Below the pieces are notes generated by a model. It was not told the DNA's origin. It saw nothing but the letters and a program-made list of their open reading frames with translations, and made no database searches. Shown one piece after another: positions 27,495-37,100 of a stretch of 64,000 nucleotides of DNA. Origin of the DNA: Candidatus Acidiferrum sp. (GTDB taxonomy: Bacteria; Chloroflexota; Dormibacteria; CF-121); contig DATNMH010000068.1 in NCBI GenBank assembly GCA_035602395.1, positions 77,416 to 141,415 of the forward strand, given 5' to 3'. Made by a program: the position numbers and the translations under genes. The first letter of the stretch is position 1. Every line of letters starts with the position of its first letter.

Positions 27495-28582
27495 CGGGCC
27501 ACCCGACGAACGGAGGTGTCGGTAAGGAGATCGCCAAGCCGCTGGCGCCGCCGATGGCGCAAGAGCAGGACCGCATCGATCGGCCAAAGGGGGACCAGGA
27601 CGCCGACCAGGTTGCGCACCGTCGCCCGCCACCATCCGGGCACGCCCTCATTGGGTCCGTAGACCGAGATACCCATCAGTGTCTTGCCGATCGTCTGGCC
27701 CCGGCGTGCCTCGATTGGAACGCGGTACACGAGGGCGATGACGGCCAGCAGCAGGAGACCTTCCGGGTCGAGGACGATTTCGGTTTTGTCCAGCCCGGAT
27801 ACGGCCGTCAGGATCAGGAGGGCGACGATGAACACGATGGCGAGGTCGATGAGGCCGGCCCACACCCGGCGCACGAGCGGATATTTGCGCCAACCGGCGG
27901 CGTGGAAAACCGCTTCATCGATCGTGTCCGCCAGCTCCCGACGTACACCGAGCACGATCGGTTCCAGAACTGACAGCACCCCGCGCCGCGCCAGCCAGCG
28001 CACCGAGAGGATGACCGCGAACGCCGCCAGGACCGTGATGGCGATGACAAAGAATCGGTGCTCGGCCCGGTGAAAGAGCCGGACCGCGGGCTGGCCGGCC
28101 AGCGCCCCGAGCCCGACAAAGACCGCGATGTAGACAAAGACCGACGGGATCAGGCCGGCCGCAAAGGTGAGGCGCGGCATCTTGCTGACGCCCGCTACCT
28201 GGGTCGTGCTGATGCGCAGCCCGGGAATCAGCCGGCCAATGAAAACCGCCACCGGACCGCCACGCCGGAGCAGGGTGGTCGCTCGTTCCAACGCAGGCCG
28301 GAATCCCAGCGCGTCTGCCGCCTTCATCAGGGCTGGCCGGCCCACCGCTGCGAAGACTTCGCGGCCAATCATCGCGCCCAGCACGGTGGCCGTCAGGAGC
28401 GCCGCTACCATCGGAACCGGCTCCACCGTGTCGCTGGCGATCGCGATCCCGGCGATGATCAGGAGCAAGTCGCCGGGCGCGAAGGGGACCGGGATCCCGG
28501 ATTCTTCGATGAAGACGAGCCCGGCGATCACGGCGATCAGGAGGTCGCCGCTCAGGCTCGCGATGGAGGTAATGGGGTTCAT
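27491..28582 (-). CDS. DedA (VTT) domain fused to an RDD domain
   Basis: FIEESGIPVPFAPGD and FIGRLIPGLR (DedA); RRVWAGLID, GQTIGK, RQRLGDLLTDT (RDD). Confidence 0.85.
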   Translation of the reverse strand: MNPITSIASLSGDLLIAVIAGLVFIEESGIPVPFAPGDLLLIIAGIAIASDTVEPVPMVAALLTATVLGAMIGREVFAAVGRPALMKAADALGFRPALERATTLLRRGGPVAVFIGRLIPGLRISTTQVAGVSKMPRLTFAAGLIPSVFVYIAVFVGLGALAGQPAVRLFHRAEHRFFVIAITVLAAFAVILSVRWLARRGVLSVLEPIVLGVRRELADTIDEAVFHAAGWRKYPLVRRVWAGLIDLAIVFIVALLILTAVSGLDKTEIVLDPEGLLLLAVIALVYRVPIEARRGQTIGKTLMGISVYGPNEGVPGWWRATVRNLVGVLVPLWPIDAVLLLRHRRRQRLGDLLTDTSVRRVAR

Positions 28583-28762
28583 CCGGCGGTCCTGGGGCTG
28601 GGGTCGAAGGCTCTATCTCGAAAGGGAATTCGTAACGTCGCCCACGTCCGCACGGGGTTTGAGGCTAGCAGGTGACCACCTGCAAAGCGTCACGGAGGAC
28701 GTAAGGCACCGCTGTTACGTTGGCGTCACCGAATCATGCGCCAGCCATCATCGCCACGTCAC

Positions 28763-30250
28763 ATGCTGTCAGCCTTCCATCGTCCGCTCGCGGCCCTGCT
28801 GGCCGCTACCGGCCTGGCGTTGGCCGGTCTGCCAAGCATTCCGGCCCTGGCCGCATCCAACCAAGCGCACCTCGATCGCGAGGTGCTCAAGGCCATGCAG
28901 GCCGGGCGATCGATCAATGTCATCGTGGTCGCGCGCGGCGATCTGAACGTGCTGGAAGCCGATCTGCGGCGGACTGGTCTGAAACACACGGAGCGTGTCC
29001 CGATCGCTCATGGGGTCGCCGTCCAGCTGACGGCGGCGCTCATCGATCACTTCCGCGCGGACGCGAACGTCGCCCGGCTCATCTACGACGCCCCGGTTAG
29101 GCTGACTGACACCCCCTTCGACCCAACCGCATTGGCGACGGTGTACCCGACGGTCGTTGACGCTCTCCCGGTCTGGAGCAACCCGCTGGCGCCGCTCACC
29201 GGACAAGGGATCGGGATCGCCGTGATCGACAGCGGGATTGCGTCGCACCCTGACCTGGGCAATCGCCTGATCGTCAGCCAGAACTTCAATCCGAACGTCA
29301 ATGGCAACGACGACGCCTATGGCCACGGCACCGCGGTCGCCGGCATCATCGCGGGCGACGGCACCGCAGGCCTCGGACAGTACGTCGGTGTAGCGCCGCA
29401 GGCGAACCTCATCAGTCTGCGGGTCAATGACGGCACCGGCGGCGCCCCCACCTCGGCGATTATGAACGCCATTCTGTGGGCGGTCATCAACCGGAATACC
29501 TACAACATTCGCGTGATCAACCTGTCGTTGCAGGCCTCCGTGCAGGAGTCATACCGCACCAGCCCGATCGACGCGGCCGTCGAGTATGCCTGGCTGAAAG
29601 GGGTCGTGGTGGTCGTTGCCGCCGGCAACAGTGGCCCAAACAGCGCCCTCTATGCGCCGGCGAATGACCCATACGTGATCACGGTGGGCGCGACCGACGA
29701 TCAGGGCACGGTCGCGAGCACCGACGATACGCTGGCCGGTTTTTCGAGCTACGGTGTGACCCAGGACGGCTTTACCAAGCCCGACTTTGTCGCGCCCGGC
29801 AAGCGCATCATCACCACGCTCGCCCCCAACAGCAATTTCGCGCTGAACTACCCGAGCTTCATGGTCGGGTCGCAGTACATCAAACTCAGCGGCACCTCGG
29901 TGGCGGCCCCGATCGTCAGCGGCGCGGTGGCGCTCTATATCGAGAGCAATCCGACGGTGCGCCCGGGGCAGCTGAAAGGCGTGCTGCTCGCGACCGCGAA
30001 CCGCCTGGGGTTCCCCGGAAGCGGCGCCGGATATCCGGACGCCCTGCATGCGATCGCGTATGTCGGCCTGCTCGGGAATGCGGATCACGGCCTCGATCCA
30101 AACGACTACCTGAAGGTCCTCTACATGGCGGCGCACAGCCTGACGGTGCTGCCAGTCGTCTCCTGGGACAGCGTCTCGTGGGACAGCGTCTCCTGGGACA
30201 GCGTGTCGTGGGACAGCGTCTCCTGGGACGCCGTGAGCTGGAGCAACTAG
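28763..30250 (+). CDS. Secreted subtilisin-like S8 serine peptidase with Trp-rich pentapeptide C-terminal tail
   Basis: Signal peptide; triad IAVIDSG, HGTAVAG, GTSVAAP; oxyanion AAGNSG; ends VSWDSVSWDSVSWDSVSWDSVSWDAVSWSN. Confidence 0.93.
   Translation: MLSAFHRPLAALLAATGLALAGLPSIPALAASNQAHLDREVLKAMQAGRSINVIVVARGDLNVLEADLRRTGLKHTERVPIAHGVAVQLTAALIDHFRADANVARLIYDAPVRLTDTPFDPTALATVYPTVVDALPVWSNPLAPLTGQGIGIAVIDSGIASHPDLGNRLIVSQNFNPNVNGNDDAYGHGTAVAGIIAGDGTAGLGQYVGVAPQANLISLRVNDGTGGAPTSAIMNAILWAVINRNTYNIRVINLSLQASVQESYRTSPIDAAVEYAWLKGVVVVVAAGNSGPNSALYAPANDPYVITVGATDDQGTVASTDDTLAGFSSYGVTQDGFTKPDFVAPGKRIITTLAPNSNFALNYPSFMVGSQYIKLSGTSVAAPIVSGAVALYIESNPTVRPGQLKGVLLATANRLGFPGSGAGYPDALHAIAYVGLLGNADHGLDPNDYLKVLYMAAHSLTVLPVVSWDSVSWDSVSWDSVSWDSVSWDAVSWSN
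30158..30247 (+). repeat. 15-bp coding tandem repeat x6 encoding VSWDS
   Basis: GTCTCCTGGGACAGC units with mostly synonymous variation. Confidence 0.95.
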
Positions 30251-30252
30251 CC

Positions 30253-30966
30253 ATGACAAGCGGACGACGCTCGACCGCCGCCCTCTCCTACGTCGCCGGT
30301 GTCAGCATCGCCACCGTCGCGTCCGCCTTGCTCCTCTGGCGAAGCGAGGGCCCAGCAGCCAGTCTCGTGGTCTTGGTTGTCCTCACAGGCCTGGGCATGC
30401 TCGCGCACGCCTATCCGGTGCAGGGATTCCGCCACCAGGCCTACCAGGTGACGCTGCCCTTCATCGTGGTAGCGGGCGCCATCTTGAACGCCTGGCAGTT
30501 GGTCACCTTCATCGTCCTGATCCACCTGGCCGAGCAAGCCCGGGTTCGTCGGCCGCTCCACATTCAGTGGTTCAACGTCTGCAACTACTTCCTCAGCGCG
30601 GCGCTCGCTGCCACCTTTTACCATCGGGCGACCGCGCTGCTCCCGGATGGAGCGCTGGGCCAGGTCGCCGCCGCTCTCGCAGCCAGCTGCACGTTCGTTC
30701 TGCTCAACCGTGTGCTGCTCGCGGCGGTACTCTGGCTCGCGCGCGGCCTGTCGCCGCTCGCCTCGGGACTCTTCCAGCCGGAGTTGCTCGCCGCCGACCT
30801 GATCATTGCCTGGATCGCCGGCCCGATGCTGGTTCTCACATTGGAGGCAGGACCCTGGATGCTCCTCGCCACCGCGGGCCCGCTGTTGCTCGCGCGCCTG
30901 GCGCTATCGGCGCTGCTGGCACAGCGTGAGGAACAGGTGCAACCGGTCGAGGCCCGGGCCGCCTAA
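30253..30966 (+). CDS. Stand-alone multi-TM (MASE-like) sensor protein without an output domain
   Basis: About 7 TM; paralogous to the N-terminus of the next gene (HQAY/HQSY; IQWFNVCNYFLSA/IQAFNVANFVLSA). Confidence 0.75.
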   Translation: MTSGRRSTAALSYVAGVSIATVASALLLWRSEGPAASLVVLVVLTGLGMLAHAYPVQGFRHQAYQVTLPFIVVAGAILNAWQLVTFIVLIHLAEQARVRRPLHIQWFNVCNYFLSAALAATFYHRATALLPDGALGQVAAALAASCTFVLLNRVLLAAVLWLARGLSPLASGLFQPELLAADLIIAWIAGPMLVLTLEAGPWMLLATAGPLLLARLALSALLAQREEQVQPVEARAA

Positions 30967-30970
30967 GTCG

Positions 30971-32197
30971 ATGAGCGATCTCCCGCGCGCGGCACGGATT
31001 TACGTCGTCGCCGTGCTGGTCGCGGCGGCAGTCGCCGGCATTGCCGGAATCCTGCTCGCGCCACCGCGGCTCGAGCGGCTGCCGGTTGCCGTCGTGATCC
31101 TCCTGTGCGCGACGATCGCGCAACAGTTCAAGGTCAAGAGCCCCAAGCACCAGTCCTACTACACGACGACGATCTTCTTCTTCGCCGCCGCCGTTCTCTT
31201 CGGTCCGGCTTACGTGATCGCCATCATCCTCGCCGCCCACGTCGTGGAGTTACTGCGCGTGAGGTACCGCTGGTACATCCAGGCCTTCAACGTTGCGAAT
31301 TTTGTCCTCAGTGCGATCGCTGCCGGCGCCATCGCGGGCATTGGCCAGTCGGCCCAGCCGCCGAGCACGGGCGAGGCTGTCTTCTATGTCGCGCTAGCCG
31401 GGCTGACCTTTATTGCTCTCAATCACTTTCTGACTGCGCTGGTGATCATGTGGGCGCGGGGCGTCCCGATCTCGCGGGCCGGCACTATGGACTGGGAGAA
31501 CGTTGGGACCGACCTGGCGTTGATGTCCGTCGGCGCGCTCGGCTCGTTGCTCTGGCTCACGAGTCCATGGCTGGTGCCGCTCTGCCTCGGTCCACTCTTC
31601 TTGATCTACCGATCCCTGCTCGTCCCCAGCCTCAAAGAGGAGGCGCGGACTGACCCGAAGACAGAACTGGCCAACATGAAGCACTGGAACCAGCTGGCAC
31701 AGGCAGAGGTTGAGCGCGCCCGTCGCTTCGGCCGTCCCCTCAGCGTCGTTCTCGCCGACTTCGACCTGCTCCGTGACGTCAACAATCGGTACGGCCACCT
31801 GATGGGAGACCAGATGATCCGGCGGGTGGCCGACGCGATCCGCGCGTCGTTGCGTGAGTACGATGTGCCAGCCCGTTTCGGCGGCGACGAATTTGCCGTT
31901 CTCATGCCGGAAACCACGCTCCCCGAGGCGATGGCGGTCGCCGAGCGAATCCGGCGCGGGGTCGAGGCGATCGTGCTGAAGAGCGGAGATGGCGCGGTGC
32001 CGGCGAGTGTGAGCATCGGGGTTGCGCTCTTCCCGGCACACGGACGAACCGCGTCCGACTTGCTGGCCGCAGCCGACCGTGCGGTATATCAGGCCAAGGC
32101 GCTCGGTCGCAACCGTGTCTGGGCGTTTGCCGAGCGTGAGGATGAGAACCTGCGGCCCATCATCGTGACGGCGCCCTCCCGGCGCGAGGCGAGTTAG
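30971..32197 (+). CDS. Membrane-bound diguanylate cyclase (GGDEF)
   Basis: TDPKTELAN, DFDLLRDVNNRYGHLMGD, I-site REYD, RFGGDEF, SVSIGVA, ADRAVYQAK. Confidence 0.92.
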   Translation: MSDLPRAARIYVVAVLVAAAVAGIAGILLAPPRLERLPVAVVILLCATIAQQFKVKSPKHQSYYTTTIFFFAAAVLFGPAYVIAIILAAHVVELLRVRYRWYIQAFNVANFVLSAIAAGAIAGIGQSAQPPSTGEAVFYVALAGLTFIALNHFLTALVIMWARGVPISRAGTMDWENVGTDLALMSVGALGSLLWLTSPWLVPLCLGPLFLIYRSLLVPSLKEEARTDPKTELANMKHWNQLAQAEVERARRFGRPLSVVLADFDLLRDVNNRYGHLMGDQMIRRVADAIRASLREYDVPARFGGDEFAVLMPETTLPEAMAVAERIRRGVEAIVLKSGDGAVPASVSIGVALFPAHGRTASDLLAAADRAVYQAKALGRNRVWAFAEREDENLRPIIVTAPSRREAS

Positions 32198-32200
32198 GGC

Positions 32201-32494
32201 CTATTTTTTCGGCCGCCGGCTTCCGCGTCGGTCGCCGTGTGCGCGCATGAAGGTGTAGGTCTTTTCTGCGGCATAGCCTTTTTGCACCGCGTCCTGGATC
32301 CGCGGCCAGAACTCTTCCTTGACCCAGTTGCGGGCGACGAGGACCTCGATGCCGGCGAGCCGTAGGTCTCCTTTCTCGATGTCGGAGGTCGTATCGCCGC
32401 GCTGCAGAGCGCGTACCGCGTCGAGGCTGAGGTTCGGCAGGAGCCACGCGCTGGGGATGAGGACCTCGGCCTGGCCACGCCCCTCGTCTGGCAC
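32201..32494 (-). CDS. Hypothetical protein (about 97 aa)
   Basis: GTG 32494 preceded by TATAGT at 6 nt; plausible globular sequence. Confidence 0.55.
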   Translation of the reverse strand: MPDEGRGQAEVLIPSAWLLPNLSLDAVRALQRGDTTSDIEKGDLRLAGIEVLVARNWVKEEFWPRIQDAVQKGYAAEKTYTFMRAHGDRRGSRRPKK

Positions 32495-32530
32495 GGAGCA
32501 ACTATAAACGGCAGACGCTATGCTGCTGAC

Positions 32531-32956
32531 GTGTCGGTCCTGAAGACGCTCCACGTGTTGGGAGCGATCTTCCTTGTTGGTGGCGTCACGACGCATGCAT
32601 TGCTCCGGCCGATGGCGGCTCGCGCCACCGACCTGGCGCAACAGGCGCTCTACCAGTTCGCCTGGCGCGTGCAGCTGGCGATGGTCTACGTCGGATCGGC
32701 GCTCGTGTTGATCACCGGCCTCCTGCTATGGATCGGACACTTCAAGTTGTTCACGGGTTGGCTCGTGCTCGGCGTCTTGCTCTTCATTGCGGCGATGGGT
32801 TTGGACGGGGCTTTCCTCGCCCCCAACCTACGGCGGGCGCGCACCGCAGCCGGCGAGGCGTCCAGCGCGCTGGCCGGCGCCGCCATGACGGTTCAGCTGG
32901 TGGCCTGGCTCCTGCTCGTCGTCGTCGTCTTTCTCATGGTCGCGCGCCCCTTCTAG
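32531..32956 (+). CDS. DUF2269-like four-TM membrane protein
   Basis: LKTLHVLGAIFLVGG...LITGLLL...LMVARPF; TATGCT 6 nt before the GTG. Confidence 0.75.
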   Translation: MSVLKTLHVLGAIFLVGGVTTHALLRPMAARATDLAQQALYQFAWRVQLAMVYVGSALVLITGLLLWIGHFKLFTGWLVLGVLLFIAAMGLDGAFLAPNLRRARTAAGEASSALAGAAMTVQLVAWLLLVVVVFLMVARPF

Positions 32957-32960
32957 CGCG

Positions 32961-33572
32961 ATGGCGTCGCTGGGACCAATTACGTTGACCGGGAAGCACA
33001 TCCGGCTCGAGCCGATGCGGTCGGCGCATGCCCGCGCGTTGCTCGACGCCGGGCGCGCCGCCGAAATCTGGGAGTGGATGCCAACCCGCCCGGTCAATGA
33101 GACAACCATGCAGGGCTGGCTGGACAAGGCTATACAGGCAGAATCACAGGGCCGTGAGTATCCGTTCGTCGTGATCCTCGTCCGCAATGGCCGCCTTGTT
33201 GGCAGCACCCGCTATCTGGACGTTCAGGAAGATGACCGAACGGTCGAGATCGGATGGACCTGGTACGCGCCGGACACCTGGGGCGGCATCGTCAACCCCG
33301 AGGCAAAGTATTTGTTGATGCACCATGCCTTCGACGATTGGGGCGCCATTCGGGTGGCACTCAAGACGGACGTCCGCAACCTCCACTCGCAGGCCGCCAT
33401 CAAGAAGCTGGGCGCGAAGTACGAGGGGCTGCTCCGCAACCAACGGATCCGTCCCGACGGGAGCTACCGCGACACGGTGGTGTTTTCCATCACCGACCGC
33501 GAGTGGCCGGCCGTCAAGTCGCGGCTCGAGCAGCGCATTGCACAGCTCACTCCTCCGGAAAGAGCGACATGA
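32961..33572 (+). CDS. GNAT family N-acetyltransferase (RimJ/RimL-like)
   Basis: VGSTRYL, VEIGWTW, NPEAKYLLM, NLHSQAAIKKLGAKYEGLLR, RDTVVFSI. Confidence 0.9.
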   Translation: MASLGPITLTGKHIRLEPMRSAHARALLDAGRAAEIWEWMPTRPVNETTMQGWLDKAIQAESQGREYPFVVILVRNGRLVGSTRYLDVQEDDRTVEIGWTWYAPDTWGGIVNPEAKYLLMHHAFDDWGAIRVALKTDVRNLHSQAAIKKLGAKYEGLLRNQRIRPDGSYRDTVVFSITDREWPAVKSRLEQRIAQLTPPERAT

Positions 33573-33873
33573 TCGGCGGGTCTTGCGACCGGCTCTTGCG
33601 CGCCGGGCGCCTGGCGCCGCCCGGCAAAACCAGCAGGGTGGGCTCATCCTTGCGACGCGCCCGATAACCGCTGGCGACCCGGGCCGCGGCCGCCTGGACG
33701 GCCCCGATCATCTCCTGCGCCGCCACCTCGGGGCTGCGCAGCGACTGCTCTTCGAACGGCACCAGCTCGCTGATGCAGATCTCACGCTGGGGATCGACGA
33801 TCACGACCGCGACAAAGGGCTCTTCGGACCTGATGCTGGGATGGATCTCTGACCACGGAATGACATTGCCCAT
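33547..33873 (-). CDS. Hypothetical protein
   Basis: 108 aa ORF; TAGGCT 6 nt before the ATG. Confidence 0.55.
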   Translation of the reverse strand: MGNVIPWSEIHPSIRSEEPFVAVVIVDPQREICISELVPFEEQSLRSPEVAAQEMIGAVQAAAARVASGYRARRKDEPTLLVLPGGARRPARKSRSQDPPIMSLFPEE

Positions 33874-33940
33874 GCCGCGAGCCTACCCCCCCCTTTTGAC
33901 AGCTGTGTGTCGCAACTTTTCCTGCTAACACGGGAACTTA

Positions 33941-34076
33941 GCCGGCGATTGCGACGGCCCCGGTGTCCTTCAGCGCGCTACTCGCCCGTCCATGAGGGCA
34001 GGGCTCGTGTCGCGCTTTTCCGGACGGGCCGTCGCTCGCCGGACGCTAAAGATGCGGCCTCTGGCCGCGTGCCGGT
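33941..34076. ncRNA. Candidate structured intergenic RNA (long interrupted hairpin)
   Basis: Nested pairings GCCGGC/GCCGGT, CTTCAGCG/CGCTAAAG, GCCCGTCC/GGACGGGC in a 240-bp gene-free gap. Confidence 0.3.
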
Positions 34077-34116
34077 CCGTGCCAAGGCCGACCCGGCCAT
34101 TCTTTGGCGGAACTCG

Positions 34117-37100
34117 TTAGCTTGGGACTTCTTCTTCAACTTGGTCGGGGCTGGACCCATTGGCTGGCGTTCCCTCGGCGGATCCCGGGACCAGGGCCGG
34201 ACCGGGCAGCCGGATGATCGTCCACTCGTCGTTCTTCTCGGCGCGGTCGGCGAGCGCCTCATCCTTCGAGAAGAGGATGACCTGGTGATCGAGGCGGCCC
34301 AGCTCGTCCATGGCGGCCCGCAGCCGGCGGCGATCCGCGTGCACCAGCGCCTCGTCAAGGAGCAAGGGGGGTGGCTCCGCGTTGCCGCCGATGATCCGCG
34401 CCAGCGCCAGGCGCTCGAGTAAGTAGATCAACGACCTGGTGCCCAGGCTCAGGTTGTCGACATCTTTATATGCCCGCTGGTCCTGGGTCTTGACGGAGAG
34501 GGCAAGGTCTTCTCCGATCCGCACGTCCCGGTAGCGGCCGTTGGTGATCGGCGAGAGCTGGCCCTGCAGTTGCGACTTCAGGCGTGGGATCACGGCGCGC
34601 CTGACGGACTTGGCCGCCGCCTCCAGGGTTTCGATCGCGAGGTCGTAGGCGTGGGCTTCCGCCTCGAGCTCCTGTAGCTGTTCGCGGACGGTGGCGATCT
34701 CCTCGTCGAGTGCCGCGACATCGCCGGTCTGCGTCAGCCGATCGTTCAAGAGTTCCTCGGCGCGGGCCCGTTCCTCCTGGGCACGCTCCTTGACGTCGCG
34801 GTGTTGATCGCGCTGCCGTTCGAGCTCGGCCAGGGGTAGTGCCGCGAACTCGGCCGCGCGCGCCGGATCGACGCTTTTCCCTACCTCGCCCAGCTGGCGG
34901 GTCAGGTCATCGACCAGCTGGCGGAGCGATCCCGCTTCGTCCGCCGTGACGCCGCCGCGCTGCGATTCCAGCTCGGCCAAACGAACACTCGACGTCCGGT
35001 ACGCATCACCGTGGCCGACGGCAGCGTCCCAGGCCACCGCCGCGGCCTCCATGTCGGGTTCGGTAATTCCGGCTCGCATGTAGATGGTTGACAGCTGCTG
35101 GGTGTAGTCGTCAGCCTTTGCGCGCTCGGAGCTCGCGCGCTCGCCCGGGGCGCGAAGCTGCGCCAGTTGGGCGTCGAGCTGCTCGATTCGGGTGCGAACC
35201 TGCTGGGCCTGGCGCTCGGCCTCGCAGCTGGCGATAAAGTCGCGCGCGGCGCCCAACGCCTCGCGCCGGTCGAAGCCGAGCCGGTCCAGCAGGCTGTGGA
35301 GCTGCTGGCGGAGCGATTCCCGGCGCTGGTCCATCTCGGTTTCGGCCCGCGTCGCCTCCAGCGAGCGCTGGCTCGCGGCGTTCCACGCGAGGCTGTCCTG
35401 GGCCAGCGATTCCACGTCCTTGGCCGTTGCGTCGACGGCCTCTTCGGTGGGGGCCGGCTGCGAAAGCCCCCAGGATCCCACCAGCTCGCGCAGGGTTCGA
35501 CCGGCGCCCTGCGCCCGCTCTTCCAACTCGGTCGCCTGGCGATCCAGCTCGAGGCGGGTGGCGTCGTAGCGGACCTTCTGCAGGTGCTCGACGAGCGCCT
35601 GCTGCAGCTCGCCGGAGCTGCGGACACCCCACGGCTGCAGGATTTCGCGGCGCTTGACGCGAGCCTCGTCTTTCGCGCGAAGGCGGCGATCGACCTCCCG
35701 GACCGCGGCGCCGCGGACCCAGATGCCGATGCCGGTCGACAACACCCCCATGCCGAGCAGGAAGAAGGCGGCGCCGCTGAGCGGCAGCGGCATGCCACCC
35801 TGGAGCGCGAGAAAGGCGACCAGGATCGCCATCGCGGTGAGCAGCAGCCCGCCCAGCATCGCGCCCAGGAAGGTTCGCTGCCGGCTGCGAGCGCGCTCGG
35901 CCATCGCCTCCTCACGCCGCATGGCCTCTTCGGATTGCTGGCCGGCCTTGATGACGTCCGGGACTTCCTTGTAGCGCGCAATGTCGTGCTTGAGCTGCTC
36001 CAGCCGCGGGGGCAGCTCGGCGCCGGCCCGATGACGCGCTTCGGTGGCGACATTGTGGCGCTCGCGCCATTCCGAGTAGACGCGCTGAAACTCCATCTGG
36101 CGGGCGGACCAATCGAGGTTCTGGCCGATCAAGCCCGGATGACGCTCGGCGATCCGGCGCGCCTCTTCCGCAGCCGTCTGGGCGCGCAGGTGGACCTCGG
36201 GGGCCTGGGTGTCGGCCACGTTGAGGGAGGTCAGCAGCTCGCGGACGGCGGGTTCCTGGTCGAGCGCGGCGGCGTCGATCCCCCGGGCGCGGGTTTCGTG
36301 ACCTTGCGCCTCCGTTTCGAGCTTGGCACGCTCGCCCTCGAGCTGCTGCACCTGCGCGGCGTTCTCCGCGGCTCGGCGCTCGAAGTCTTCCTGGGCCTCG
36401 CGGGTTGCTCGGAGGTGGCTACGGAGTTCCTGGACCTCGCCCTGTCGGTCGAGCGGGAACATGGCAAAGCGCGTGTGATCCTCCTGTCTCGCCCGCTCAT
36501 CAGCGATGGCGCGCTCGAGCATTTCGACCCGCTCCAGGCGATGACGTGCCTCGTCGAGGCGGGAGGCAAGGACGGCGGCGTCGAGCAGCTGGACCACCGC
36601 CAGCTCCGCCTCGGTCAATGCCGACACCGTCTCGCGCTTCTGCGCCAGCTCGTCGACGGCGCTGCGAGCTTGTTGAGCGGCGGTCAGCTGCCGTTCGAGG
36701 TCGGCGAGCCGGCTTTCGAGGTCGTGCAGCGGGCCGGTGCGCCCGCGAGGCTTTCCGATGCGCTGGACTCGTTCCTGGCGGAGTCGATCGAGCACGGCCT
36801 GGGCGGTTCGGTCGGGATGCGCCGAGTCCGCCAGGGCGACGATCGCTTCCTTGATGCTGCCGGCGTCTTCGAGTCGCAGCACCTCGCTGCGCGAGATGCA
36901 TGCCGTGTTGGTGTAGATATCGCGGCTGATGCCGAGCAGCTGGCGTCCAATCTGGAGCCCACCCCACGGGTCGCGTTCGAAGCGATCGTTCAACTCCGCT
37001 CCGTTGGCGAGGTCGAGGACGCGAACCGAGTCGCCGTCGAGGTCGCGCTCGACCCGAAGCCTCGAGCCGTCGTCGAGCTCGAATTCGAGCGCGAGGCCGA

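Noticed and set aside
28660-28720. c-di-GMP-I (GEMM) riboswitch
   Set aside because: Only GCAAAGC matches; the GNRA tetraloop/receptor architecture is not recognisable. Kept only as a generic structured-leader candidate.
34005-34030. SRP (4.5S) RNA (minus-strand TCCGGAAAAGC)
   Set aside because: Lacks the conserved CAGG...GGAAGGAAGCAGC helix-8 symmetric loop.
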